The position numbers and the translations under genes were made by a program. A model generated the notes under the pieces. The model saw only the letters and a program-made list of their open reading frames with translations. It ran no database searches and was not told the DNA's origin. A DNA stretch of 64,000 nucleotides from an uncultured Planctomycetota bacterium. GTDB lineage: Bacteria > Planctomycetota > Planctomycetia > Isosphaerales > Isosphaeraceae. Location: assembly GCA_963845755.1 (NCBI GenBank), contig CAWJTV010000019.1, forward strand, positions 32,001 to 96,000, given 5' to 3'. Shown here in pieces: positions 32,063-42,934 of the stretch; the stretch's first letter is position 1; every line of letters begins with the position of its first letter.

Positions 32063-32716
32063 CTATGTATTTGGCTCAAACCCGGCTTCACCGAGATCCA
32101 TCAAGACCTCACGCAGCCGGCCGAGAATCCGGGACTTGGCGATGTAGACTGCGTTGGGAGTCATGCCGAACTCGGCGGCAACATCGGCCGGCCTCCGGTC
32201 CTCGACCACCACCAGCCGAACCGCCTGATAACTTCGAGGCTCAAACTCGGAGCTGACCAATCGAAGAGCTTGTTGGACCAGGATCTGCCGATCGGACGCT
32301 TCGTCCGCATCCGTGTCCTGGAATCCCTCGTCCGCATTGTTGGGGATCTGGCCGAGGGCGCGTTGCGCATCGGTGCCGCCTACCCCACACGGTTCTTCAC
32401 GGGAACGTCGGAAGTAGTCTCCCAGCTTGTATCTTGTAATGGTTTTCAGCCAGCTTCGGAAGCTCGGACCGGGCCGCTTCTGAAACTCTCCGATCTTCTC
32501 CCACACCGTTTTGAGGACTTCTTGAAGAATGTCCTCCGCCCCCGTTCCGGTCACGCCTTGGCGTCAACAATTCGCCCGCACGACGGGCGAATACAGGTAC
32601 ACCAGGCGTTGCCAGCCCTCCGGCTCGCCTTGTTTCACTCGATCGAGGAGGCTCCAGGACGTGGACGGATACCCTCGACTTCGCTCCACCCCTTTGAGAT
32701 CGTCGGGGTCTTTCAC
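32063..32716 (-). CDS. ECF sigma factor (kinase-associated type) with in-frame TGA at 32564-32566
   Basis: STSWSLLDRV...WQRLVYLYSP, AEDILQEV, SFRSWLKTIT, VAAEFGMTPNAVYIAKSRI. Confidence 0.88.
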
Positions 32717-32901
32717 GATGTAGTCCACTCAAGCCGCACAATAACTACCGGACAGGTGTCCAGAATAATGCTGGTCTACACTGCGGGCTGGCCCGATCCT
32801 ATCCTACACGAGCCGCAGGCGCGGCGTCAGCAAGTGTCTCGGGACCAGCGATGTGATTGCGGTTGAAACCGGAAAGGTCGCCAGAGCGACGGCACGCCCG
32901 C

Positions 32902-33702
32902 TCACTCGGGGTCGTCGTAGACGGTCCAGCCTTCGGCGGCGGCGTTGCGCTGCTTGATGTATCGGGCATCATCGGCGAACAGGAAAGCGACGAAGATGCC
33001 GGTCAAGGCGCCGCCAACATGGGCGAGGTAGGCCACGCCTCCCGAGTCGGCACCTCGCTGGAACGATCCGGCGCCCATCCAGATCTGCATGGCGATCCAG
33101 CCGCCGATGACGACGGCCGCCGGCAGCATGGTGATGAAACGGAACACGAGCACGCGGATCTGGTTGCGCGGGAACCACACGACGTAGGCCCCCATGATTC
33201 CGGCGATGGCGCCGGAGGCCCCCAGGTTGGGGATGTCCGATTGGGCGTTGGCCGCGATCTGGGCCAGCGAGCCCATCAATCCGCACGCCAGATACACGAT
33301 CGAATACCGGATCGAGCCCAGGACCTCCTCGACGTTGTCGCCGACGATCCAGAGATACAGCATGTTGCCCAGCAAGTGCAGCCAGCTCCCGTGGAGGAAC
33401 ATCGACGTCAGCAGCGTCCAGCGGACCGGGATCGGGGTCGCGAAATGCTCCAGGGGCTCGTTGCGCACCTTCCATTGGGCGCCTCCGAATGCGTCGGGCA
33501 CCAGGACCCGGACCGGTCGCTCTCTGGGTTGGACGAGGTCCTGATTGTGGGTGATCTCCCAGGGCGTCATCGCGAAGGCGCGCGTGAATTCTTCCCCGCG
33601 GTCCTCCTGGACCAGGAAGATGGTGACGTTGAGCGCGATCAGGAGATAGGTGACGATCGGCACAATCCGCGTGGGCTGCAAGTCGCCGAGGGGAAGGACC
33701 AT
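32902..33702 (-). CDS. Rhomboid family intramembrane serine protease
   Basis: SMFLHGSWLHLLGNM, GASGAI, AHVGG. Confidence 0.95.
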   Translation of the reverse strand: MVLPLGDLQPTRIVPIVTYLLIALNVTIFLVQEDRGEEFTRAFAMTPWEITHNQDLVQPRERPVRVLVPDAFGGAQWKVRNEPLEHFATPIPVRWTLLTSMFLHGSWLHLLGNMLYLWIVGDNVEEVLGSIRYSIVYLACGLMGSLAQIAANAQSDIPNLGASGAIAGIMGAYVVWFPRNQIRVLVFRFITMLPAAVVIGGWIAMQIWMGAGSFQRGADSGGVAYLAHVGGALTGIFVAFLFADDARYIKQRNAAAEGWTVYDDPE

Positions 33703-33745
33703 GGTCGAAGTTCATCCTGTGAGGTGGTCGGAAGTCGTTGCCCGG

Positions 33746-34655
33746 TCAAATGGGTTCCCGTCGCGTGGCGAACGGCCCGGGGATCTCGACAGCCAGGCGC
33801 CGGGCCCATTGGCTGAGGGATTTCCAGGCCGATGCGGGAACGACGATGCCGCGCTCGTGGGCCTCGTGGCGCCGGGCGTCCCAGACGTGGGGTACGAGCC
33901 GGCCGGGCGTCTCGTCCTGGTCGTGCAGGGCGGCGACGACCCGCTCATGGAAGGCCGACAGCGGTTCCCACGCGGTGACCGAGATCGCCGCGAGGATCCA
34001 GCTCTCGGCCGGCCTGAAGACGTCGCTCCCGAGCCAGAGGGCTTCCAGCCGATCGAAACCGGGAACGGATTCCCCGGGCCGTGACACGGGGTGCTTCGCC
34101 GCCTTGCCAGGCGTCCGGGGCGGGTGCGGCTTTCCGGCAACCTCGGGACCGGCCAGCCCCGAGTCGATCACGACCGGCAGCCCGGCCTCGGAAGGTAACG
34201 CCATGCTCCACAACCGATTCGGTCCGAAGGCCAGGCCGGCCATCGGCCCCAGGGCGATCCCGGCCACCACCGCCGCCGCCGAGCCGAGCGGCCTCAGATG
34301 ATCCACCCGCACCAGCCCCACGGACGTCTCACGCCGCCTTTTCGACGGCCAGTTCGGCCGCCCGCTCCAGAAGCAAGGGCGGCAGCCCGTTCTCCCCATC
34401 AAAGACGGCCAGTGCCGAGCGTTCGCCCACCACCCGACCCATCGACCTGGGATCGACCTGGCCGTTCTCGATCGCTTCCAGCCAGTCCGGGAGACTCGCG
34501 GTGCCCAGGTTCGCGGCACCGGCCGCATCGAACCAGAGCAAGTGCGAGGCCATCGCCAGGGCTCGGGCCGGTGTCAGTCCGCAGCCGATCCCCAGCGCCG
34601 CGGCAAACCGGCGCAGATCGTCGAAGTCGAATCGTGGGCTTACCGCGGTGGACAC
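33746..34655 (-). CDS. Ldh_2 (malate/L-lactate dehydrogenase-like) divergent protein (frameshift near 34330)
   Basis: LRRFAAAL...LLWFDAAG, AVFDGENG...AAELAVEKA..VGLVRV pattern. Confidence 0.6.
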
Positions 34656-34988
34656 GTTCGTCTCGATCCCCAGGCGGTCCAACGGTTAACCCGCGGCTCG
34701 CACCGCCGGTCTCGGAGGGCGTACGAGAAGCGTTCTCGCGTCCCGGGAAGAGACGCTCACGACCGATTCCCTCCCACAACGACCCAGTTTGTGACGGAAA
34801 CCCCGGAAACCCTGGGACTTGTGTCGCGACCGATCGCCCTGCCCCTCACGCGGCAGGCGACATCCCGCCACCCCTCCCGGGATTCTCGGATCTCGTCACA
34901 GGTTAAAGTCGAGCGGCGAAAAGTGCAAACCCTCCCTCTCACTCATCCGCCTGCCGCGCGGGGCCCACGCCGAGAATCCTGATCGGGT

Positions 34989-35540
34989 CTACAGCACGGG
35001 CCGGGCGGGCTTGCCGGATGCGGGGCCATCGGTCTCAAACCGCTCCCACTCGCGACGTACGCAAGACAGACCGAAGGCGCACAGTTCGAACTGCTCGCTG
35101 AGCCGTCGCAGGAGCGGCCCCTCGGAACCGCCGTCGCTGAGAGTGGAAGCGAGGTAGTAGGATCGTTTCCCCTGCTCCTGGTAGCTGATGAGCGAATCCG
35201 CCGAGCCGCTTCCCCTCAGCTTGCTCAGCGCCTCCGGATAGACACCCGTCCAGAACAGGGTGTAGTCCCCGACGTGCCGGTGACATTCACGCCGTCGGGC
35301 CGCGTCGCTGGCCAGCTCGGCCGCCGCGATCATCGCCGCAACCTCGGTCAACGGACGACCTTGCGGATCACGCAGCCGCCAGACGGTTTGACTCGGCACG
35401 AAGTTCGCCAGCAATTCGGCCACGTATCCGACCAGCGGCGGATCGCCGATACCTAGTTCCGTCATGAACGCGTATTCGGTCAGGCCCCGGAAGAGCCGAT
35501 GCAGCGCATGCGATTCGGGGATCGCTCGCAACCTATCCAT
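34989..35540 (-). CDS. Conserved hypothetical protein
   Basis: Intact ORF with HRHVGDYTLFWTGVYPE and QGKRSYYLAS motifs. Confidence 0.75.
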   Translation of the reverse strand: MDRLRAIPESHALHRLFRGLTEYAFMTELGIGDPPLVGYVAELLANFVPSQTVWRLRDPQGRPLTEVAAMIAAAELASDAARRRECHRHVGDYTLFWTGVYPEALSKLRGSGSADSLISYQEQGKRSYYLASTLSDGGSEGPLLRRLSEQFELCAFGLSCVRREWERFETDGPASGKPARPVL

Positions 35541-35744
35541 TGAGGGCGCTCCTCACCCAATGGTTTGGACAGCGTGGGAAAGAAGGACGACCGAGGTGCA
35601 TGGCTAGCGGGGTCAATCTGAGAGAAGCGAGAAGGGTCAACTCGAAGAGTCCTAGCAAATCTTACGCCTTGTTTCGAAATCGATCAACCGGCAATTCTTC
35701 TCAAAGGGTGTACGAGGTGTACGAGAAAGAGCGCAACCAGAGAC

Positions 35745-36482
35745 TCATCGTCCTCGTTCTCGGTTCGCTGCGCCGTCCAGACGTCGCCAGGTCCGGGCCG
35801 GGTCGGCCAGGACGATGCTCAGGAGGACCATCCAGAGGCCGAACAGCAGGAAGGATACGGTACCCAACGAAGCGATGACCAGGGCATGGGTCGTCAGAGG
35901 AAGCACGGGGCCGCCGCCCAGCTCCAGGCTGCGCATCAGGAGGAACGCGATGAAAATCACCGATAAGGCGACGAAGCCGATCAAGGTGAAGAAAAGCGGC
36001 CGGATCCAGGACTCGATGACGCGGTAGGACATGGGATGGAAGTGGGACAGGCCGGAGTCCGCGGGATCGATGGCCTCGATCTCGTCGGAGCTCGGTGCCT
36101 CGGGCTCGAGAACGTCGGCGCTGACCGCGTGCCAGTCGTCGCTTGAAGCGCCGGGCTCGTCCTTCAGTGCGATGGTCAACTCATAGTGAGAGTCGCCCGG
36201 CCCCAGCTTGCCCATCGACGATTCGGGCTCGTCGAAGGTGGCGACGAAGCCCTCGGCCAGGAAGAGGGCCGGATTCTCGCGAGTCCGGCCGGCCACCGGC
36301 GTCTCGAGGCCCGTACCGCGCCAGGGACCGATCTCCTTGAGGCGGGGCTCGATCGCTTTGAGGGAAGCCTCCGGCATCGGGAAGTTCGCCTGACATTTCC
36401 GGCAACGCAGGCTGTTCGCCGCGGGGACGAGGTGATCGGGCAAGTAGCCCATTCGACCGCAGTTCGGACACCGAATCTTCAT
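35745..36482 (-). CDS. Zinc-ribbon protein with two C-terminal TM helices
   Basis: CPNC...CRKC at the N-terminus, AGGAG RBS. Confidence 0.75.
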   Translation of the reverse strand: MKIRCPNCGRMGYLPDHLVPAANSLRCRKCQANFPMPEASLKAIEPRLKEIGPWRGTGLETPVAGRTRENPALFLAEGFVATFDEPESSMGKLGPGDSHYELTIALKDEPGASSDDWHAVSADVLEPEAPSSDEIEAIDPADSGLSHFHPMSYRVIESWIRPLFFTLIGFVALSVIFIAFLLMRSLELGGGPVLPLTTHALVIASLGTVSFLLFGLWMVLLSIVLADPARTWRRLDGAANRERGR

Positions 36483-36843
36483 GGCCAACTCCTCTTGAAG
36501 GCCATCCTGGCAGCGCCGCCGCTCATCTTGCAAGTTCCAAGCCCGCATTCCAATGGCGTGTGGACAAAAAGCATCATCCTGGTGAGCGATGGGGCGAATC
36601 TCTCCGGATTCCGATCGTGCCGTCGGCTCTAGGTCGCGGATCCCCGGCATTGTGCGAGTCGACGCCGGGGCGAGAGAAATGTCGAGTTACCGGCCTGAGC
36701 CGACCTCCTGAAACGGTGCGTCAGGTTGGAGTAGACTGATGCGGATTATGACTTTGTGGTCAAGTCCTCTTAGGGTCAATTACTTCACCGGGTCCGGCTT
36801 GTCAAGTGCGTGGTGCCCGGCCTGGAGACGATCCGAGGGCGCA

Positions 36844-36903
36844 GTAGCGTGGGTGAGACCCACCAAGACATGGCCCGATTCCGGCGAGTTTCCCCCACCC
36901 TGA
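36844..36903. repeat. Degenerate GTAG-type REP doublet
   Basis: GTAGCGTGGGTGAGACCCACC ... GGCGAGTTTCCCCCACCCTG, downstream of mgtE. Confidence 0.45.
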
Positions 36904-36931
36904 GGGCCGGTCGCGGTTCTCGACCGGTTTC

Positions 36932-38386
36932 TTACAAGATGGTCCCTCGCAGGACGACCGTGGCCACGGTGAAGTAGATGATTAATCCGGTGACGTCAAC
37001 GAGGGTCGCGACGAAGGGGGCCGAAGAGGTGGCCGGGTCGAAACCCAGGCCTTTCAGGAGGAAGGGAAGCATGGAGCCCGTCAAGGTGCCCCAGATAACG
37101 ACTCCCAGCAAGGCGCCGGCAACGGTGAGACCCAGGAGAATCCAGTGCTCGCCATAGACATGCGAGACGCTGCTCCAGGCCGCGATCCGGAGGAATCCGA
37201 TGGAGCCCAGGATGGCCCCGAGCATCAAGCCGGCCAGGAGCTCCCGGCGCAGGACCCGCCACCAGTCACGGAGACGGACCTCACCCAGGGCGAGGGCCCG
37301 GATAATCAGGGTGGCTGCCTGAGAGCCGGAGTTTCCTCCGCTGGAGATGATCAGCGGAATGAACAGGGCCAGGACCACCGCGCGGGCGATCTCGGCCTCG
37401 AAGTAGGCCATGGCCGTGGCGGTCAGCATCTCCCCCACGAAGAGGATGACCAGCCAGGAGGCGCGCTTCCGGACCATCGCCGGCAGTGAGGTGCCCAGGT
37501 ACGGATCGTCGAGCGCCTCCAGGCCGCCGAATCGCTGGAGTTCTTGCGTCGCCTGCGCCTCGACGAGGTCCAGCACGTCGTCCAGGGTCACGATCCCGGC
37601 CATCCGGCCGTGCGGGTCCACGACCGGCAGCGCCGTGCGATCGTATTTGCGGAAGACCTGGACCGTGGTCTGGGCATCGTCGGTCACCCTCAGGTTGACG
37701 CACTGGCCGTCCGTCACGTCGGAGACGCGCGCGTGCAACGGGGCCAGGAGGACCTCACGTATCCGCAGGTCGTCGATCAGTTTATTCTGATCGTCCACGA
37801 TATAGATGACGTTCAACGTCTCGCTGTCGCGGCCGTGGGCCCGGACGTGGTCCAGGACGTGCCGAATCGTCCATTCCTTGCGGACGACGACATAGTCCGG
37901 CGTCATCAGCCGCCCGACGCTCCCCTGGGGATAGTCGAGCAGCCTGCGGGCGACGGCGCGCTGCTCGGGATCGAGCAGCGCGATCAGGCGATCGGACTGG
38001 TCGGGCGGCAGCTCGGCCAGCAGCGCCGTGCGGTCGTCCGGCGCCATCGCGTTGAGGATCTCGGCCGACTCGGCGTCGGACAGGGCATCCAGGATCTCGC
38101 ACTGGGCGGAAAGGTCCAGGTATTCGAAGGTCTCGGCGGCCCGGGCCGGCTGGAGCAGGCGGAAGATCCGGATTCGCTCGCCGGCCTCCAGCGCACCGAC
38201 GAGCTCGGCGAGGTCCGCCGTCAGCCAGCGATTGACGACCGCCGTCAGCGTCGGCTCGTCCCCGGCCGCGATCAGCTCGCGGATCTCCGGCAATACCAGC
38301 TTTCCCAGCATGGCTCGACGACTCCGGTCCACGTGATGAGGCGAAGGTCCAGAGGCTGCATCGGTCCCGATCCGATCAGCGCCCAT
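36932..38386 (-). CDS. mgtE: Magnesium transporter MgtE
   Basis: MAPDDR, GRLMTPDY, CBS pair, PLIISSGGNSGSQ, DPATSSAPFVATLVDV. Confidence 0.96.
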   Translation of the reverse strand: MGADRIGTDAASGPSPHHVDRSRRAMLGKLVLPEIRELIAAGDEPTLTAVVNRWLTADLAELVGALEAGERIRIFRLLQPARAAETFEYLDLSAQCEILDALSDAESAEILNAMAPDDRTALLAELPPDQSDRLIALLDPEQRAVARRLLDYPQGSVGRLMTPDYVVVRKEWTIRHVLDHVRAHGRDSETLNVIYIVDDQNKLIDDLRIREVLLAPLHARVSDVTDGQCVNLRVTDDAQTTVQVFRKYDRTALPVVDPHGRMAGIVTLDDVLDLVEAQATQELQRFGGLEALDDPYLGTSLPAMVRKRASWLVILFVGEMLTATAMAYFEAEIARAVVLALFIPLIISSGGNSGSQAATLIIRALALGEVRLRDWWRVLRRELLAGLMLGAILGSIGFLRIAAWSSVSHVYGEHWILLGLTVAGALLGVVIWGTLTGSMLPFLLKGLGFDPATSSAPFVATLVDVTGLIIYFTVATVVLRGTIL

Positions 38387-38717
38387 TTCGATCAGCGTGC
38401 TCGATGACGAGGTAGATGACCGTCGCCACCAGGAACAGGGCGCCCATGGCGATGGCGTAGAGGATGAACAGGAGCATCGGGCCCAGACGCGATTGGAGCC
38501 GACGACGGGCGACCCACCAGCCGGCCGCGCCGATGATCGCATACAGCACGAAGCCCCCGGCCGCCAGGGCGACGAGGGTGGGCTCGTGCACGCGCTGGTC
38601 CTGGATCTGGGCGATGGCGACCGCCACGAACAGGACCAGCAGCGCAAGGTGCCAGATCCGGGGTTGATACCAGCGCGCACCCCGCTCGGGTGGTGGAAAC
38701 GATTGGGCTTCGGTCAT
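38376..38717 (-). CDS. Small 3-TM membrane protein
   Basis: Hydrophobic helices; overlaps the mgtE start. Confidence 0.65.
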   Translation of the reverse strand: MTEAQSFPPPERGARWYQPRIWHLALLVLFVAVAIAQIQDQRVHEPTLVALAAGGFVLYAIIGAAGWWVARRRLQSRLGPMLLFILYAIAMGALFLVATVIYLVIEHADRNGR

Positions 38718-38768
38718 GGTGTCCTGAGTTGGTTTGCGGGATCGTGAGGTTGTCGTGAAGAATCCCCG

Positions 38769-41756
38769 TCATTTGACGGGCGGCCCGCCCAGCTCTTGCA
38801 GACGGCGGCGGAGCTCCCAGAGGACGAGCTGGTCGATGCGGCGGATGGCGTCCCCGTCGTCGAATTCGAGCTCGGTCGCGACGCGGACCCAGCACAGAAT
38901 CCGCTCGGCGTCTCCGGGGATGGGGGCAGGGACCCGCCAGTATCGCGCCATCCCGTCGGCACCGGCCGTTGCGAGTCGCCGGCCGTCGGGACTGAATGCC
39001 AGGGCATGGATGGCGCCGCGATGCTCGAGCGGGGGGCCGATCGGCAGGCCGGTGGCGGCATCCCAGAGCCGGACCGACCCGTCCCGGCTGCCGGTGGCGA
39101 CGATCGAGCCGTCGTGGGTGAACGCCAGGCAATCAACGCGTGCCCGGTGCGCGAGCGGCTCGCCGATCGGTTTGCTGGTGTTGAGATTCCAGATCCGCCC
39201 GGTCCCGTCGTGGCAGGCCGTCGCGACCGACTGGCCCGTGGGGCTGAAGGCGACACGGCCAACCTCGGCGCGATGGGCGAACTCCGCGACGAGGTCCCAC
39301 CGGGCCGCATCCCAGAGTCGGGCGCGTCCATCGCTGCAGCCGGTCAGCAGCGTCCGGCCGTCGGGACCAAACGCCAGCGTGGGGACGGCCGCATCGTGCC
39401 GGAGCGTCGGGTCGAGCCAGCGTCCGGTCGCCGTCTCCTGGAACCAGACCGTGCCGTCATCGCCCGCGGCTGCGAGCGGCGTGCCGTCGGGATGGAACGC
39501 GATGGCCAGGACTCGCGCGATTGTGCCGCGCCGACGACGTCTCGCCGATCGGCTGACCGGTTGCGGCATCCCACAGGCCTGGGAGGTCCGCCCGGCTGGC
39601 CGTCGCGACCCTCGAACCGTCGGGGCTGAAGCACACGTCGGTGATCGGGACGTCCTGGCGGTTCGAAACGCCGAGGGCTGCGCCGGTGACGGCATCCCAG
39701 CGCCAGAGCACTCCGTCGTTGCCCGCGGTGGCGATCATCCGCCCGTCGGGGCTGAAGGCGATCGTCAAGACGGCTCCTTGGTGATTCAGGGGAGAGGCCA
39801 GGGGGCGCCCTTGGCGACGTCCCAGAGCCGGCCGGTCCGATCGGCGCAGACGGTCGCCAGGCTCCGCCCATCGGGGCTGAAGGCCACGCCGTGGACGAGG
39901 CCGTGATGCGCGAGGCATCGTTCCATCAGTTTCGCCCCGGCATGCCAGCCGCCCAGGCTGGCGCGGACGGCGCGCTCGAGGCCCGGCGAGTCGGGCGGGA
40001 TGCTCTCGAGGGCCCGGGCCAGCCAGAGCAGGCCCTCGCCGTGCAGCTCGTGGCCGAAGAGGTTGTGGGCGCGCTCGATGCAAAGCCGGGCCAGCGACCG
40101 CTTCACGTCATGGGTCGCCTGCTCCTGCTCGCTGCGATATCGGACATCCGCCATCCAGGCTTCGATGCCCTCGGCCAGGGCCGTCGGGGTGGCGTGGCGA
40201 TCCTCCGGCTGAAGTGCCATGGCCTTGAGGCAGATCGTCTCCAGCGCCGGATCGATCGACCGCCGCAGCCGTCGCGGCGCGGGGAAGACGCCGTGGCGGA
40301 CCCGTGTCAACACGTCGGCAACTCCGCCCGTCGGAAAGGGGCCATGTCCCACCAGCAGGCAGTAGAGCGTCGCCCCGAGGCTATAGACGTCGCTGGCCGG
40401 CCCGACCCGGTCCCGATCGCCCGACGCTTGCTCGGGGCTCATGTACTGCGGTGTCCCGATCGCCGAACCGGGGCGGGTCAAGGAGGAATCGTCCTCGCCC
40501 GCGAGCGGATCGACGGAGCCTTTATCGGCCGCCTCATCCCCGCGTTCTCCGAACGGCTTGGCAATCCCCCAATCGACGACGAGCGTCTCGCCGAACCGGC
40601 CGAGCATGATGTTCTCAGGTTTCAGGTCGCGATGGACCACGCCACGACTGTGCGCGTAGGCGACCGCGTTGCAGGCGTCGATGAGGCTGCGCAGCAGGCG
40701 ACGGAACCCGATCTCCCGATCGCCGGGCTGGCGCGCCGATCCCGACGCCTCGTGGAACCGCTCGATCGCCTGTTTGAGGGTCTCTCCTTCGATGAACCGC
40801 ATCGCATAGTAGGGACGTCCGTCGGCATACTGACCCAGGCCGTAGACCGGCACGATCCCCGGGTGCTCCAGCCGACCCGTGACCTTGGCCTCCAGCAGGA
40901 AGCGCGCCTGGCTGACCGGATCGTCCGCGCGATCGGCTCGCATCTCTTTCAAGGCGACCTGGCGATCCAGCTCGGGATCGAGCGCGAGGAAGACCTCGCC
41001 CAACCCGCCTTGCGCATGCGCCCGGACGATGCGGAACCGCGCGTTCGTACGGCCGGGGTCGACGGGGTGATGCGTGGTCTGATGGGATCCTTGATAGGCG
41101 ACGGTGGCGGTGAGATCCGCGGATCCGATCGAGACTGCGTCATCGCGCTCCGCATGACCGGTGCCTCCGAAGACCGGGCCATCCAGCGGGATACCGGAGG
41201 CACACAAGGGACAATGTGAAGGCTCCCAGAGGTGGTTCGGCAAGGATGCGAGGCTTTCCAGAGAGGCGCCCTCGCTCGCGGCGAAGGGCGAAGCCGATGA
41301 CCCGAGAACCAGCAGCGCGCCGACGACGACCGGTCGCGCACCGCAGGCCTTCAATGCCGCGAAGGCCCCGCGAACCGCGGACCCGGCGTTGATGACGTCG
41401 TCCACGACTGCGATCATCTTGCCACGGACGATCGAACGGAGCGCTTCGGGAATGCGATAGCCGATGGGAAATAGGCCGTCGCTCTGCGGTCGGGCGAATT
41501 GCTCCGCGAACGTGAACGCGACATCGATTTCCTCGGCGACCATCTGCGACAGGAACGCGCCCTCGACCAGGGGGCCGCAGACCGCCTCGATGCCGTGCGC
41601 GGCGAGCCGATGAGCCAGTTCGACTGCGAACGGCCGGAGACGGCCAGGGTTCAGGTAAAGCCGGGGTATCTCCAGCCAGAGGTCGCCATGATGGCCGGAT
41701 TCCAGCCGGAAGTGCCCCTTCCGCGGTGCCAGGAGGCTGAGGAGTTCTTCCTGCAT
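38769..41756 (-). CDS. Fusion: orotate-PRTase-like domain, Ser/Thr kinase and WD40 repeats (frameshifts near 39810 and 39530)
   Basis: GHFRLESG and AVVDDVINAG (PRPP loop); GGLGEV, HRDLKPEN, DWGIAK, GTPQYMSPEQ; repeated AFSPDG...LWD. Confidence 0.85.
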
Positions 41757-41931
41757 CGGATCATCTCCTGCACCGGTCCGCCGTCGATCCCCCGCTGCAC
41801 GAGCTGGGGAATGTCCCCGTCTTCACCTCATCCCCGAGGAATCCAGTCGCTAGCGATCAGGATCCCCGCGGGGTAGCATGTCCTGGCGGAGCAGGGCGCC
41901 TGTTACCTCGGAACATCCAAGGATACTAACC

Positions 41932-42923
41932 ATGAGCGATCATCTCGGCAAAGGCCACCTCGCGCGTTCCGATCGGAGAGGGTTCCTCAAGCGAATGGGA
42001 CTCGGGGCGGCGGTAGGGCTGGCCGGCGGTGCTTCCAGTCGCGCCCAGGTGGCGAAGTCGGGCCTCGACGAGCCGACGGCGCATCCGCGGCGGACTTCCA
42101 TCGGCGTCTCGACCTATTCCTTCTGGCAGTTCCGCGGTCGCCGCCTGGACATCGTGGATTGCATCGACAAGGCCGCGGCCATGGGGTTCGACGGCGTGGA
42201 GGTCCTCCACATCCAGATGGCGGACGATTCGAACGCGACCCTCCAGAAGATCAAGCGACGCGCTCACTCACTCGGGCTGGCCTTGATGGGGTTCTCCACG
42301 CATCAAGGTTTCGTCACTCCTGACCTGAAGGATCGCCAGGCGAATGTCCAGAAGACGCTCCACCAGATCGACGTCGCGTATCGGCTCGGCATCCCGACGA
42401 TGCGGATCAACACCGGCCGGTGGGGTACGACCCGATCGTTCGACGAGCTGATGACCCACAAGGGGATCGAGCCCGCACTGCCCGGCCATAACGATGAAGA
42501 GGCGCTCAAGTGGGTGATCGACTCCCTCGAGAAGCTCCTGCCACGCGCCAGGAATGCGGAGTCGTGCTCGGGCTGGAGAACCACTGGGGCCTCGGTCGCA
42601 CGGCCGAAGGCGTGCTGAAGATCGTCGAGACCATCAAGTCGCCATGGCTCCAGATCACGCTGGACACCGGCAACTTCCTCGAGAACACCTACGAGCAGAT
42701 GGAGCGCATGGCCTCGAGCTCGGTCCCGCTGGCGCTGGTCCAGGCCAAGACCTACTTCGGCGGCGGCCGATGGTACGCCCTCGAGCTCGATTATCCCCGG
42801 ATCGCCGGTATCTTGCGCAAGCACAATTACCATGGCTGGATCTCGCTGGAGTTCGAAGGCAACGAGGACGCCCAGACCGGGGTTCCCAAGAGCCTGGAGG
42901 TGTTGAGGAAGAGCTTTGGCTGA
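41932..42923 (+). CDS. Tat-exported sugar phosphate isomerase/epimerase (TIM barrel; frameshift near 42550)
   Basis: RRGFLK Tat motif, GFDGVE, LENHWG, LDTGNF, SLEFEG. Confidence 0.9.
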
Positions 42924-42934
42924 AGCGGACAGAA

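Noticed and set aside
30689..32866. 725-aa plus-strand ORF and similar long ORFs (1593..2822, 51792..53717, 61280..63034)
   Set aside because: Antisense shadows of well-supported genes in high-GC DNA, with no recognisable motifs.
41170..41756. Calling the PRTase domain the housekeeping pyrE
   Set aside because: It is fused to a kinase and divergent, so enzymatic function is not established.
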